From an uncultured Acidimicrobiia bacterium (lineage in GTDB: Bacteria > Pseudomonadota > Gammaproteobacteria > GCA-001735895): a stretch of 64,000 nt of DNA. Positions 1 through 9,415 of the stretch are shown here, in pieces (position 1 is the first letter of the stretch; every line of letters begins with the position of its first letter). The translations under genes were made by a program, and so were the position numbers. The stretch lies in contig CAXMOZ010000015.1 in assembly GCA_964195315.1 (NCBI GenBank), forward strand, positions 31,995 to 95,994. The letters run 5' to 3'. The notes beneath the pieces are model-generated. The model searched no databases, had not been told where the DNA came from, and saw only the letters and a program-made list of their open reading frames with translations.

Positions 1-159
1 ATAAGACTGTTATGGAAGAAAACATGACCTTCCATTTTATGACAGGTTTATGGATGGACGACTGGGGTTTCGAAATTACGGAAAGTATTGTCATTGGTGA
101 AAAAGGGCCTGAATGCCTTGCCAATGTGCCTCGAAAATTGTTAATTAAAGATTAAGCCG

Positions 160-1161
160 ATGAAACCTAGCCCTATTTCAGCTACCGTGCCTTTCGATCA
201 GGATGGCATTCATCATGGTTTTCTTCAACTGCCCCATAGTCGAGATGATTCAGCCTGGGGGGCGATAATGATACCCATCTGTGTGGTGCGCAGTGGTGAA
301 GGTCCTACCGCATTATTAACTGGGGCTAACCATGGTGACGAGTACGAAGGTCCCGTTGCTCTGCAAGACCTGGCTTATAGTCTTGATGCAACTAAAATAA
401 CAGGGCGGGTGATAATCGTTCCTGCGTTTAACTATCCAGCCTTTCGTGCCGGCAAGCGCACATCGCCCATCGATGCCGGTAATTTGAATCGCACCTTTCC
501 TGGTAAACCGGATGGCACTATCACTGAAAAAATTGCTGATTATTTCCAACGTAATTTAATTCCCATGGCCGACTATGTACTCGATATTCATGCTGGCGGA
601 AAAACTCTCGACTTCCTGCCTTTTGCTGCGGTACATATCCTCGATGACAAAAAACAACAGGCCGATTGTGTTGCAGCGATGGAAGCATTCAATGCGCCTT
701 ACTCGATGATGATGCTAGAGATCGATAGCGATGGTATGTATGACACTGCGGTCGAAGAGCAAGGTAAGATTTTTGTTTCTACAGAACTAGGTGGTGGAGG
801 ATCATCTACTGCAAGGTCGAACGCGATCGCTAAAAAAGGTGTGCGCAACTTGCTGGTTCATGCCGGCATTCTAAAGGGGGCAGTGGAGACAGCTGAAAGC
901 GCCATGCTGGACATGCCTGATGGTGATTGCTTTGTGTTCAGCGAAAGTGATGGTTTGGTTGAATATATGAAAGACCTGGCAGACCCAGTAGAAAAAGGAG
1001 ATTTGATTGCGAGAGTTTGGCCAGCTGATCGAACAGGTGCAAAGCCATCCGAATATCATGCAAAAAGAAACGGCATATTGACCTCACGTCACTTTCCCGG
1101 ACTAATCCAAATGGGAGATTGTCTCGCGGTAGTAGCGGAAGAAGTTGGTCGGCTAGATTAG
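160..1161 (+). CDS. Succinylglutamate desuccinylase/aspartoacylase (AstE/AspA) family deacylase; DoeB/EutE-like N-acyl-amino-acid deacetylase
   Basis: 333-aa ORF. Family-typical layout: a His/Glu-rich 'GANHGDEYEG' zinc-site-like motif near the N-terminus and a 'DIHAGG' motif mid-protein. Size matches DoeB-type enzymes. Homology judged by eye, not searched. Confidence 0.65.
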   Translation: MKPSPISATVPFDQDGIHHGFLQLPHSRDDSAWGAIMIPICVVRSGEGPTALLTGANHGDEYEGPVALQDLAYSLDATKITGRVIIVPAFNYPAFRAGKRTSPIDAGNLNRTFPGKPDGTITEKIADYFQRNLIPMADYVLDIHAGGKTLDFLPFAAVHILDDKKQQADCVAAMEAFNAPYSMMMLEIDSDGMYDTAVEEQGKIFVSTELGGGGSSTARSNAIAKKGVRNLLVHAGILKGAVETAESAMLDMPDGDCFVFSESDGLVEYMKDLADPVEKGDLIARVWPADRTGAKPSEYHAKRNGILTSRHFPGLIQMGDCLAVVAEEVGRLD

Positions 1162-1494
1162 TAAACAAGATATTTGGTACTTCTAAAATAATAATTCTTT
1201 CGCACACTCAGTTTAGTTTTGGTTAATAGTAGGGTATGGCTGCTGGAATAAATGATCAATGTTATTTTTTCTAATTCGCGTGTTCAAAAGATTTGCTTGT
1301 CGCGAAGTGATATAGCTGCCGACTAACAATTTCCAAATTGTCTGCTCTTACCATTACCGACATCTATAAGGCACGATGGCAGCTTAATTTGTTTGATAAA
1401 GGGGCTTGATGGCATTGCTTCGAGCAATACCGCCTCGTGACAATAGTGTCAACTTGAATCAGATGGTTTTACTTTGAAAGTTAACGGGCAGCAG

Positions 1495-2205
1495 TTAAAA
1501 CGAATAGCTAATCGATGCAAAGGTTTCAGAGTCGACATCGTCAGTATTGGCAGGAACTTTATCGGTGTGTTTGACATTGACGCCTACTTTTAACGACAGT
1601 GTAGAAGTTAAAGTTGATGTGATGACTATTCCGAATTTGGTGATTGTATTTTCATTACCTGATTCAATCGCAAGGTATTGATTAAAATTAGCGTTTTTGC
1701 TTAGCTTCCAGTCGAAAAATTCAGCCACTCGAATGGTGTATTCTTCTTCGTCATTACCTTTTTCTATTGCATTCACTCGATAACCTGGTCCTAATTCAAA
1801 CGTCAGAATATGATCATCGGTATTAATAAATTTATAGCCATAACCGGTCCCTAGAGAAGCTTGGTAATCGAATCCAGAAAAACGATCTTTTTCGTAATTA
1901 CCTAATATAAATAAGAACTCATCTTTGTTTAGCTTATGGTCTGATTGCGCACCTAATTCATACTTTTCCGATATTTTGATCTGATTACTTTCATCGCTAA
2001 AATAACTAGTACTGGCTTTATGATGCCAGTTAACGGATTCTTTGCTTAACGCTAATTTCAAATTGATTGTTTGAGTGTCCGAATTACCTTGTGTATTGAG
2101 GAAACCTAAATCAAATTCACCCTTGACTGGTTCAGCAAAAGTTGGAGGACTGATAAGGCATAACACGCTAAAAATTGAGATTAATTTCATTCCAAATATT
2201 TTCAA
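1495..2205 (-). CDS. DUF481-like outer-membrane beta-barrel protein (secreted)
   Basis: 236-aa ORF with an N-terminal signal peptide (MKLISIFSVLCLISPPTFA). It is Gly/Tyr/Asn-rich with alternating beta-strand-like segments and a C-terminal aromatic residue (…ISYSF), typical of outer-membrane barrels. Confidence 0.5.
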   Translation of the reverse strand: MKIFGMKLISIFSVLCLISPPTFAEPVKGEFDLGFLNTQGNSDTQTINLKLALSKESVNWHHKASTSYFSDESNQIKISEKYELGAQSDHKLNKDEFLFILGNYEKDRFSGFDYQASLGTGYGYKFINTDDHILTFELGPGYRVNAIEKGNDEEEYTIRVAEFFDWKLSKNANFNQYLAIESGNENTITKFGIVITSTLTSTLSLKVGVNVKHTDKVPANTDDVDSETFASISYSF

Positions 2206-2791
2206 GGTAAGGTTAAAACTTTAAAACTAAAAGGGTTGACTGATCTGCCCGCCTAGCTATGACATATAGAGTTATTTTCTAAAATATCGATCAGAAAATA
2301 AACGCGACTAGTTACCAATCGAGCCGACTTTACCCTGAACTATCAGCTGATCATTTTCAGTGTCAGTCACCTAATTCTGGCCGTTTCTCCTGGCCACTCA
2401 GGGTATCATCGACCAGCCGAAAAAGCAGATCCATTTATGGCGTCTAGCGTCTTCTAAACGGGGCTTTATCGAGCTTCAGGTTCTATCAAACATGTTCGAT
2501 CTATGATTGCCTTATCATTCAAAAATGCGGCAGTTAATCGAAGTGACTCTTCGGCTTCTGGAGAACCATCGTAGAACTCAAACACTTGTCACAGCCCATC
2601 CCATACTCGGCATTCTACCATTACCTCAGGCACCTCATTTGACGGTTGAGTCGCAGACACATCGATATCAACATAGTCTGCCTTGGGCTTTCTGCTTTCA
2701 AAAATCAAGAGAGTGAATAATGAGATATCAATATTTCCCTAGCCACTGATAATGGCTATCACAGTTTAAATAGGACCATGCTTTAAAACTG

Positions 2792-3661
2792 TTAGGTCAG
2801 GGTCTTACGCTCTCGATAAAAAGTATAAATACCTGTGCCAACCACAATGAGGCTTCCGGTAATCGTAATGGCATCCGGTACCTCTGCGAACACAAAGAAC
2901 CCCAATAATAGTGCCCAAATTAGTACGGTGTAGCGAAAAGGCGAAACGAACGATATTTCGGAATCGCGCATGGCTGCAATTCCAGCCACGTAGCCAATCA
3001 GGATGAATCCTCCTGCTGCCGCTAGATACAGTATTATTTGTGGTGAAACATCTCGCCACTCCTGGGCCGTACTCGCCACTCCTGCCAAAGCCATGATGCT
3101 AAGGGAGGTAATCAGGGCAACATAAATTGAAGGTGTTGAGCTATTCAACTTGTGAGATAAAAGATCTCTTAGTGTTACAAAAGCCACCGCGCCTAGAGCC
3201 CAGAGCGAATAAACACTGAACCCATCTGTGCCTGGTCTCACGATAACTATGACCCCAATAAAACCTACAATAATCGCCAGATAACGTCGCCAGCCAACTT
3301 TATATCCAAGGAATAGTGATGCTGCCAGAGTCACGCTAAGGGGCAGGGATTGCAGAATAGCAGTGGCGTTTGCCAATGGCATATTAAACAGTGCGGTAAG
3401 AAAGCAAAATGTTGCACTTACCTCAGCAAAGGTGCGCCAGGCAATAATCTTGAATTCACCAGATTCTGGTCTGTGAAATATTACTTTTTTATGCCAGGCC
3501 AATATCCCTAACAATAGCGTTGCGAAAATGCCACGTAAGAATACGGTTTGAAATAGCTCCAGATCCTCAGATACCAGCTTTATCATAGTGTCGTTTAGAA
3601 CAAAACCAGCCATTGAAGCCATCATAAATAATGCTCCGCGCATATTATTGCTATGTTCCAA
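2792..3661 (-). CDS. EamA/DMT-family (drug/metabolite) transporter
   Basis: 289-aa highly hydrophobic ORF with about 10 predicted TM helices and two repeated halves characteristic of EamA transporters. Confidence 0.75.
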   Translation of the reverse strand: MEHSNNMRGALFMMASMAGFVLNDTMIKLVSEDLELFQTVFLRGIFATLLLGILAWHKKVIFHRPESGEFKIIAWRTFAEVSATFCFLTALFNMPLANATAILQSLPLSVTLAASLFLGYKVGWRRYLAIIVGFIGVIVIVRPGTDGFSVYSLWALGAVAFVTLRDLLSHKLNSSTPSIYVALITSLSIMALAGVASTAQEWRDVSPQIILYLAAAGGFILIGYVAGIAAMRDSEISFVSPFRYTVLIWALLLGFFVFAEVPDAITITGSLIVVGTGIYTFYRERKTLT

Positions 3662-4015
3662 TACTATTTCCTCTGGTTTTAATTCGAACTGGCTAACATC
3701 TTGATTGAGGGTATTTCAGAACCAGTAATTTCTACACGGTTGCTTTTATCCACCAGCAAAGAAGTTACATATAGTCTGTGGTAAAAAGCGAATTACTGAT
3801 AGGGTTATTTACCGATAGGTTTGAAACACTGCCATAACTTTTAGAGGCCTTTTCTAATTCAACTCTATAGTCATTTGAGAAGTGACAAGGCGTAGATATC
3901 CACATCTGAGTTGATATTTGGTAATTATCAGTTTGGTCTCGATCCAGCCATTAGCAGTGGATATTTACTGCGTCGATAATTTTCGCCTTACGTTATCTCA
4001 GCAGACAGTAATCAG

Positions 4016-4447
4016 TTAAAGCTGACTATCGAGTAACAAGTTGGTTTCGGTTTGTAAAATACCTTCGATGAGCCGTATCTCCCCCATAATTGAATTTATC
4101 GAGGGCAATGTTTGAGCGCGTATATCGGCGATGATATCCCAATGCCCAGTTGTATGATGAATAGCAATCACTTCCGGATAGCCTCGTAACCGTTTAATGA
4201 CTGCGGGCTCATTTTTAGCCTCGACTGAAATATTCATAAATAACCTGACCGGGTGGCTTTCCGCATCGGGACTGAGTTTTACGGTATAACCTAGAATTAC
4301 ACCCTCTGCTTCCAGTTTATTTATTCGGTTTTGAACAGTGGCGCGTGATACAACAAGATGCCTTGCCAGGTTGACCACAGGCGTTCGTGCATTGGAACGT
4401 AACAGCGCAATTAAGCTGAGATCTTTATCATCTAGTTTTTTAGGCAT
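4016..4447 (-). CDS. Lrp/AsnC-family transcriptional regulator
   Basis: 143-aa ORF with an N-terminal HTH (DLSLIALLRSNARTPVVNLARHLVVSRATVQNRINKLEAEGVI) and a C-terminal RAM/AsnC_trans domain. Divergently transcribed from the OCD-like gene. Confidence 0.85.
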   Translation of the reverse strand: MPKKLDDKDLSLIALLRSNARTPVVNLARHLVVSRATVQNRINKLEAEGVILGYTVKLSPDAESHPVRLFMNISVEAKNEPAVIKRLRGYPEVIAIHHTTGHWDIIADIRAQTLPSINSIMGEIRLIEGILQTETNLLLDSQL

Positions 4448-4598
4448 TCTTATAAACCTGGATTTTAATCACAATGTAAAATTTTAGTTGCATTATGTGC
4501 ATATAAATGACGAATTGATACTCTTTGTTGGCTATTTATTGGCTCGCCACCACTTTAATATTCTACCTATCTGAAAACTCAAACTAAGGACTGAATCA
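4448..4598. promoter_or_regulatory. Divergent promoter/operator region between the AsnC-family regulator and the ornithine-cyclodeaminase-like gene
   Basis: 151-bp AT-rich intergenic region between divergent start codons. This is the typical Lrp/AsnC regulator-target arrangement. No specific -10/-35 boxes were verified. Confidence 0.4.
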
Positions 4599-5648
4599 AT
4601 GACTCTATTTGTAGATGTACCCACTCTGGGAAAGATAGTGAGGAAAGTAGGAACCGAAGAATTCATCAATGGCTTGCTGAACTGTTTAGAGCAAGATTTC
4701 TCACGCTGGGAAGATTTTGATAAGTCTGCACGAACCGCTGCTCACAGCGATACTGGCGTTATAGAGTTAATGCCCGTTGCCGATAAAGAAAGCTACGCCT
4801 TCAAATATGTTAATGGGCATCCATCTAACCCTTTGCAAGACTTTCCGACTGTGATGGCTTTTGGAGCGCTATCGGATGTATCAACCGGCTACCCACGACT
4901 GTTATCAGAACTGACCTTGTCAACCGCACTGCGCACCGCAGCGACGTCTGCTATGGCAGCAAAAGCACTTGCCAGAAAGGATTCTCGTATCATGGGAATG
5001 ATTGGCTGTGGCGCGCAGAGCGAATTTCAAGCGATTGCCTTCCATACCATTGCTGGCATAGACGAGTTACGAATTTTCGATCTTGATAAAGCTGCGATGA
5101 GTAAAGTTGAACAGCATTTAAGTAGGCTTCCAAATCTGAAAGTGATCAAAGCTGAGACGGCAAATGACTGTGTGCGCCGAGTAGATATTGTCACCACGGT
5201 TACCGCAGATAAAACATGGGCGACTATTTTGACAGCGGATATGATTGAGCCTGGAATGCATATCAATGCTGTGGGCGGAGATTGTCCCGGGAAAACTGAA
5301 TTAGATATTAATGTACTTAAATCGGGAAAGATTTTCATAGAGCATGAGCCTCAAAGCCGGGTCGAAGGTGAGATTCAGCAGCTACCTTCGGATCATTTGG
5401 TCTATCCGCTTTGGCGTGTCATTGCGGAATTAGATGTAGGACGCGAATCAGATCAACAAATCACCATATTTGATTCTGTGGGATTCGCCCTTGAGGATTT
5501 TTCAGTATTACGTTATATATTTTCTCTGGCAACTAAATACAATTTTGGAGAAACAATTTCATTGGTTCCAAGACTTGAGAATCCGAAGGATTTATTTGAA
5601 CTGACTCTTCATTCCTTCGATAAATCTAGTGCTCAAAAAGTGGCCTGA
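4599..5648 (+). CDS. Ornithine cyclodeaminase/mu-crystallin family protein (EutC-like)
   Basis: 349-aa ORF with a Rossmann NAD-binding motif (GMIGCGAQSEFQAIAF) and overall OCD/mu-crystallin family architecture. Confidence 0.8.
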   Translation: MTLFVDVPTLGKIVRKVGTEEFINGLLNCLEQDFSRWEDFDKSARTAAHSDTGVIELMPVADKESYAFKYVNGHPSNPLQDFPTVMAFGALSDVSTGYPRLLSELTLSTALRTAATSAMAAKALARKDSRIMGMIGCGAQSEFQAIAFHTIAGIDELRIFDLDKAAMSKVEQHLSRLPNLKVIKAETANDCVRRVDIVTTVTADKTWATILTADMIEPGMHINAVGGDCPGKTELDINVLKSGKIFIEHEPQSRVEGEIQQLPSDHLVYPLWRVIAELDVGRESDQQITIFDSVGFALEDFSVLRYIFSLATKYNFGETISLVPRLENPKDLFELTLHSFDKSSAQKVA

Positions 5649-5827
5649 TAAACGCAATCTAACAGGTGATAAATTTTATTTTTAAATATTGGTGGTTCAG
5701 GAAAATAGGTTCTCAGGGATGAGTTATTCTGGATTTTTGGCGACCGAGTCAAATCTTGACAGTTGATTGAAACATACAAAACTGTTGATTGGGTGCAACT
5801 CCAGCTATTGGCATTTAGTGTCCCTTG

Positions 5828-6397
5828 TTATTTTTCACTTGCCTGCGAGTTGAACCTAGCTTCTGCTTCTTTGAACCGAGTTTTCACCCTATCTATGTCC
5901 CAGGGGAATTCGTTTAAGGTTTCATGATCCCATTCACTTCTGGGTTCAATGGGATGAAAGAAATCACCACCATAGACATGGATAGCGGTTGTCATTTTGC
6001 CGATTGGATTGAGAACAGAGTGAATGATTTCTTTTCCCAGAGTGTCAACATCGCCAACCCCAAGAGATTTTGCGCCTGCGGCCTCAATACTTGTTTCGTT
6101 TCGCTTCCAGAACACATTGTCTTCCCGACCTGAATATATTCCTATCACAGCAAACATATGATGATCGTGAGGCATTAAGTTCATATAAGGTGCCCAGGCA
6201 AAATTAATTATTGTCAGGTTATGCGCTTTGTAGATAGGGGTAATTCCGGCGCGTTCTGGTTCACCTAATTCAGACATGACCTCCGCAGGATTCGAGACGG
6301 CAGATGCCACTACTTCGCGGACCGCAGCCTGCCCATCTTTCACTGCTTCAATACAATCCTCGATGAATCTTTCCTTTTCAAACATTTTTTTCTCCAT
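5828..6397 (-). CDS. Cupin-fold (double-stranded beta-helix) metalloprotein, cysteine-dioxygenase-like
   Basis: 189-aa ORF with a His-containing cupin motif (…MPHDHHMFAVIGIYSG… HVYGGDFF). Assignment by eye only. Confidence 0.4.
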   Translation of the reverse strand: MEKKMFEKERFIEDCIEAVKDGQAAVREVVASAVSNPAEVMSELGEPERAGITPIYKAHNLTIINFAWAPYMNLMPHDHHMFAVIGIYSGREDNVFWKRNETSIEAAGAKSLGVGDVDTLGKEIIHSVLNPIGKMTTAIHVYGGDFFHPIEPRSEWDHETLNEFPWDIDRVKTRFKEAEARFNSQASEK

Positions 6398-6498
6398 AGC
6401 TGTGATGGTTTGGCGTTACCAAACCATCACATCGGGTTCTATACCGGGTAGCAGTTGAATTGAAAATTGATGCCACCGTCTGCTTGAGATGGTTGCTA

Positions 6499-6759
6499 TC
6501 AGTTTGCCTTCTCTTTCAGTTGGGCACGTTCTATTAATAACGAAATAATTTTAATGGAACCCCAAATCATTATTGCAGCAGCGATGATGAGCATTCCATT
6601 GACAACATTTTGATCGTTTAATAACGGATGAAATGCGTTTCCGCTTGAACCAAACTTTCCGTAAAGTCCTAAGCCCACCAATATTGAGGCTGGAAAGTCC
6701 ATAATAGCGATATTCCTAATTTCTTTTTGTATTTCATTGATTCGTTCTACAGAGTTCAT
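6499..6759 (-). CDS. Small hypothetical membrane protein
   Basis: 86-aa ORF with two hydrophobic helices (ILVGLGLYGKF…, MLIIAAAIMIWGSIKIISLL). It sits between the dioxygenase-like and cupin genes on the same strand. Confidence 0.35.
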   Translation of the reverse strand: MNSVERINEIQKEIRNIAIMDFPASILVGLGLYGKFGSSGNAFHPLLNDQNVVNGMLIIAAAIMIWGSIKIISLLIERAQLKEKAN

Positions 6760-6910
6760 AAGTTCATCCTGATTATGTCTTACCTATTACGGTTGACTAT
6801 TTGGTCGGCTCAGATTCCGACATATTCTGTTTATTGTGTCTTTGATGCGGTTCGTGTTTCATCATGTCCTACGTGGTTACGTTAGTTAATCGAGTCGATG
6901 GATGATCAAG

Positions 6911-6944
6911 CTGTAGGCCGGAAAAGCGCAGCGCCTTCCGGCTG
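6911..6944. repeat. REP-like extragenic palindromic element, copy 1 of 3
   Basis: Sequence gtaggccggaaaagcgcagcgccttccggc contains a gccgga…tccggc hairpin. It shares a 'gtagg[gc]cggaaaagcgcagcg' core with the copy at 11706-11770. Confidence 0.6.
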
Positions 6945-7094
6945 ACTCTTAACAACAGCGGCCCCAGTTGATAATCGTGTTATTTTTCAAACACCTGTTT
7001 GGAGTATTAGCACGATGGTCACGCCTGATGGCGCCATAGTCTATCAGACCTACGTTGGTTACAACGCCGACACCAATTCCTACGCTAGCCGATT

Positions 7095-8243
7095 TTATGC
7101 TTTATCGAGACGTTTTTTCAATACCCGTAACCGACTTTGAAATTCTGAACGGTCAATATAACAACCGCGTAAATGTCGGTTTCCTGTGGGTTCAAATGCT
7201 TCTCGGCCATGCAATACGCGACGGTTATCAAATACTGCCATTGTGCCTTCGGTTAGTTTTAGAGCTATACGGTATTTTGGTGAGCGCACTCGGGCCATCA
7301 GTTCACGATAAGCCAAATAGTAGTCATGCATAATATCTTCTGGCAGATCGAAAATACTAGCCAGATGAGCATTGTATTTTAGCTCGATAATATTGCCTTG
7401 ATGATCGAGATTTATGACCGGGTGATGGTGGTAAATGTCGTGTTCGTCATCGTGAAAGCGAAACGGTATTGCATGATTAGCCAGCAATTCAAAATGCTCA
7501 TTATCTTCTAAGCGTAACTCTTCGAGTATTCTCAGGCCATCGGCAAAAAGTGATTCACCACCAGCACTTTCATTGGCGAGGCAGTGTAGGAATTGATAGC
7601 CGGGTGGTGTTTCCTGATTCGATAAATCGGTATGCAGGGGTAGGGCCAAAGCGGTATAGGCCAAATTGGTTGGCTTAGGTTCTGTCTTTACCTCAAACGT
7701 AATGCCAAAATTAGTTTGGCGCTGGTAGTCGATACGGTTAGTGACTTCGTTCAATGCCGTTTTTGTCGAAGGCATATTCTGAACGAGGCTAAGACCATCC
7801 TGATCAAGTTGTTTCATCCAAGCATAAAGTGCTTCATTGTCTTGCATTAAATCGATGTAGTTAACGCTATTGATTTGATCCAGAAAACTATTATCCCAGC
7901 TTCTCGAGGCTGGACGATTTCCAGGTTTCAGGTCGCCTGAATAAGCGTGGTTTCGTAACCATGATCCCGGGAACTCACTGTGATGATGCTGCTCCGACCA
8001 ATCAATCAGTAGCTGATCGTTTTCTATTGATACCTTTAGCGGATGTATGTTGGCGCTAATACTCAGCTGGTCAAACACGCGCTCTTGCGTGTCAGGGTGC
8101 AGGGTCGTCGGACAGTTATCTCGAAGCCAAAGAAAATTAAAGCGAGATTGACTGCCGTCACTCCAAATTAAATCTAGACAATGTTGTTTTTGACTGACGG
8201 ATTGCAATAAAAATATGGGGTTAACGACTGGCAACACGTACAT
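7095..8243 (-). CDS. Gamma-butyrobetaine hydroxylase-like Fe(II)/2-oxoglutarate dioxygenase (TauD/TfdA family with N-terminal DUF971/GBBH-N domain)
   Basis: 382-aa ORF. The N-terminus (LIWSDGSQSRFNFLWLRDNC) resembles the GBBH/TMLH N-terminal domain. The C-terminal part is TauD-like with an HxD…H triad (LPLHTDLSN … RVLHGREAF). Confidence 0.65.
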   Translation of the reverse strand: MYVLPVVNPIFLLQSVSQKQHCLDLIWSDGSQSRFNFLWLRDNCPTTLHPDTQERVFDQLSISANIHPLKVSIENDQLLIDWSEQHHHSEFPGSWLRNHAYSGDLKPGNRPASRSWDNSFLDQINSVNYIDLMQDNEALYAWMKQLDQDGLSLVQNMPSTKTALNEVTNRIDYQRQTNFGITFEVKTEPKPTNLAYTALALPLHTDLSNQETPPGYQFLHCLANESAGGESLFADGLRILEELRLEDNEHFELLANHAIPFRFHDDEHDIYHHHPVINLDHQGNIIELKYNAHLASIFDLPEDIMHDYYLAYRELMARVRSPKYRIALKLTEGTMAVFDNRRVLHGREAFEPTGNRHLRGCYIDRSEFQSRLRVLKKRLDKA

Positions 8244-8329
8244 TACTCCGGATATAAAAGGCGCACTATAATAGAATTAGTAAATAAGTATTAAATGAAT
8301 AATTATGTGCTTTGTAATAAGCTCAGCTA
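8244..8329. promoter_or_regulatory. Divergent LysR/dioxygenase promoter region with a candidate LysR-box (ATTAaatgaaTAAT at 8290-8303)
   Basis: 86-bp AT-rich region between divergent starts. It contains an imperfect dyad matching the T-N11-A LysR-box pattern. Not experimentally supported. Confidence 0.35.
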
Positions 8330-9259
8330 ATGCATAAAACCACCATACAATTGCCGCCACTGAACTGGTTAAAAACCTTTGTCGTCGCAGCCCAATTGCT
8401 GAACTTTACCTCAGCAGCAAAAGATTTAAACATGACGCAATCGGCTGTCAGCCAACAAATAAAATTATTGGAGAGCCACCTGGGGCAGGCACTTTTTCAC
8501 CGCCAGCATAAAAAGCTAACATTAACGAATACCGGAATGGCTTACCTGCCAACAGTCCTGCAAGCGCTAGAGGCAATTCAACGCTCTACTCAGGACCTCT
8601 TCACGCCCTTGAAGTACGGTATTCTCACAATTCAAGTCAATACGGCATTTCTTCTACTCTGGTTAACACCTCGAATAGCAGATTTTATGTGCCTCTATCC
8701 TGATATTACCTTGCGAATAATGAGTATAAACTGGAATACCGATCGACTGGCTATGTCTAATGATTTGATCATCGATCATGGCAGAGGCGCGTGGCGTAAT
8801 AGGGAAGTACATCGTTTATTGACACCAAAACTACGGCCTTTTTGCTCGCCTGAAATAAAACAGAAGTTGCATAATGGAATGGACTTGGGTGATTTTTCGC
8901 TAATAGATATTATTGGCAATCAACAGCAATGGGGGGACTGGCTCAAAGAAACGGGATTGGTCATACCGTCCCGATCGATTAGACACCAGGTTGATACTAT
9001 GGCTACTGCTGCCCAGTTAGCCAGATTAGGCGTTGGAATGTTCTTAAGTTATGACGAACTGTTAGAAGATGATATACGCAACGGGGCACTGATTGCGCCA
9101 TTTGATAGATATATCGATACCGTTGATAGCTATTACCTGACGCATGATAATGATAAACCATTGAGCAAGACAGCTGAACTATTCAAAAACTGGCTGTTGA
9201 GTCTTTTGGGTGGGCAAGACGTTTTAGCGCAGGCCTTAGAGAGTAAAAATTCCGATTAG
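8330..9259 (+). CDS. LysR-family transcriptional regulator
   Basis: 309-aa ORF with an N-terminal HTH (LKTFVVAAQLLNFTSAAKDLNMTQSAVSQQIKLLESHLGQALF) and a LysR substrate-binding domain. Divergent from the dioxygenase-like gene. Confidence 0.85.
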   Translation: MHKTTIQLPPLNWLKTFVVAAQLLNFTSAAKDLNMTQSAVSQQIKLLESHLGQALFHRQHKKLTLTNTGMAYLPTVLQALEAIQRSTQDLFTPLKYGILTIQVNTAFLLLWLTPRIADFMCLYPDITLRIMSINWNTDRLAMSNDLIIDHGRGAWRNREVHRLLTPKLRPFCSPEIKQKLHNGMDLGDFSLIDIIGNQQQWGDWLKETGLVIPSRSIRHQVDTMATAAQLARLGVGMFLSYDELLEDDIRNGALIAPFDRYIDTVDSYYLTHDNDKPLSKTAELFKNWLLSLLGGQDVLAQALESKNSD

Positions 9260-9415
9260 CGAATCTCATTCAATGTTGTAATCATGCTTAAAAAGGGCTG
9301 TTTCTGGTTCAATTTGATTGATATTTAACCCCATTTCATATGATTACTATTTAACATTGAAACACGATACCCTAATGTTCAGATAAATAATTGTTTTCCA
9401 AACCAGGAGGTTCAC

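Noticed and set aside
316-1207. Antisense short ORFs (316-549, 871-1059, 938-1207) inside or overlapping the DoeB-like gene; similar antisense ORFs throughout the window (for example 14575-14893, 22661-23815, 43131-44627, 58865-59950)
   Set aside because: They are shadow ORFs within longer, well-supported genes on the opposite strand and have low-complexity or odd compositions. None has family resemblance.
1414-1428. Short dyad attgct-tcg-agcaat in the convergent intergenic region after the DoeB-like gene
   Set aside because: It has only 6-bp arms with no T-tract, so it is too short to distinguish from chance.
2507-2716. 69-aa plus-strand ORF in the 586-bp gap between the DUF481 and EamA genes
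   Set aside because: No RBS, no recognisable fold, and a Pro/His/Gln-rich composition typical of random ORFs. The region is more likely promoter or UTR.
160-5648. Calling the left-hand module a complete ectoine degradation (doeABXCD / eutABCDE) locus
   Set aside because: No M24-family ectoine hydrolase (DoeA/EutD), DABA transaminase or aspartate-semialdehyde dehydrogenase ORF is present in the window. Only DoeB/EutE-, DoeX- and EutC-like families are seen.
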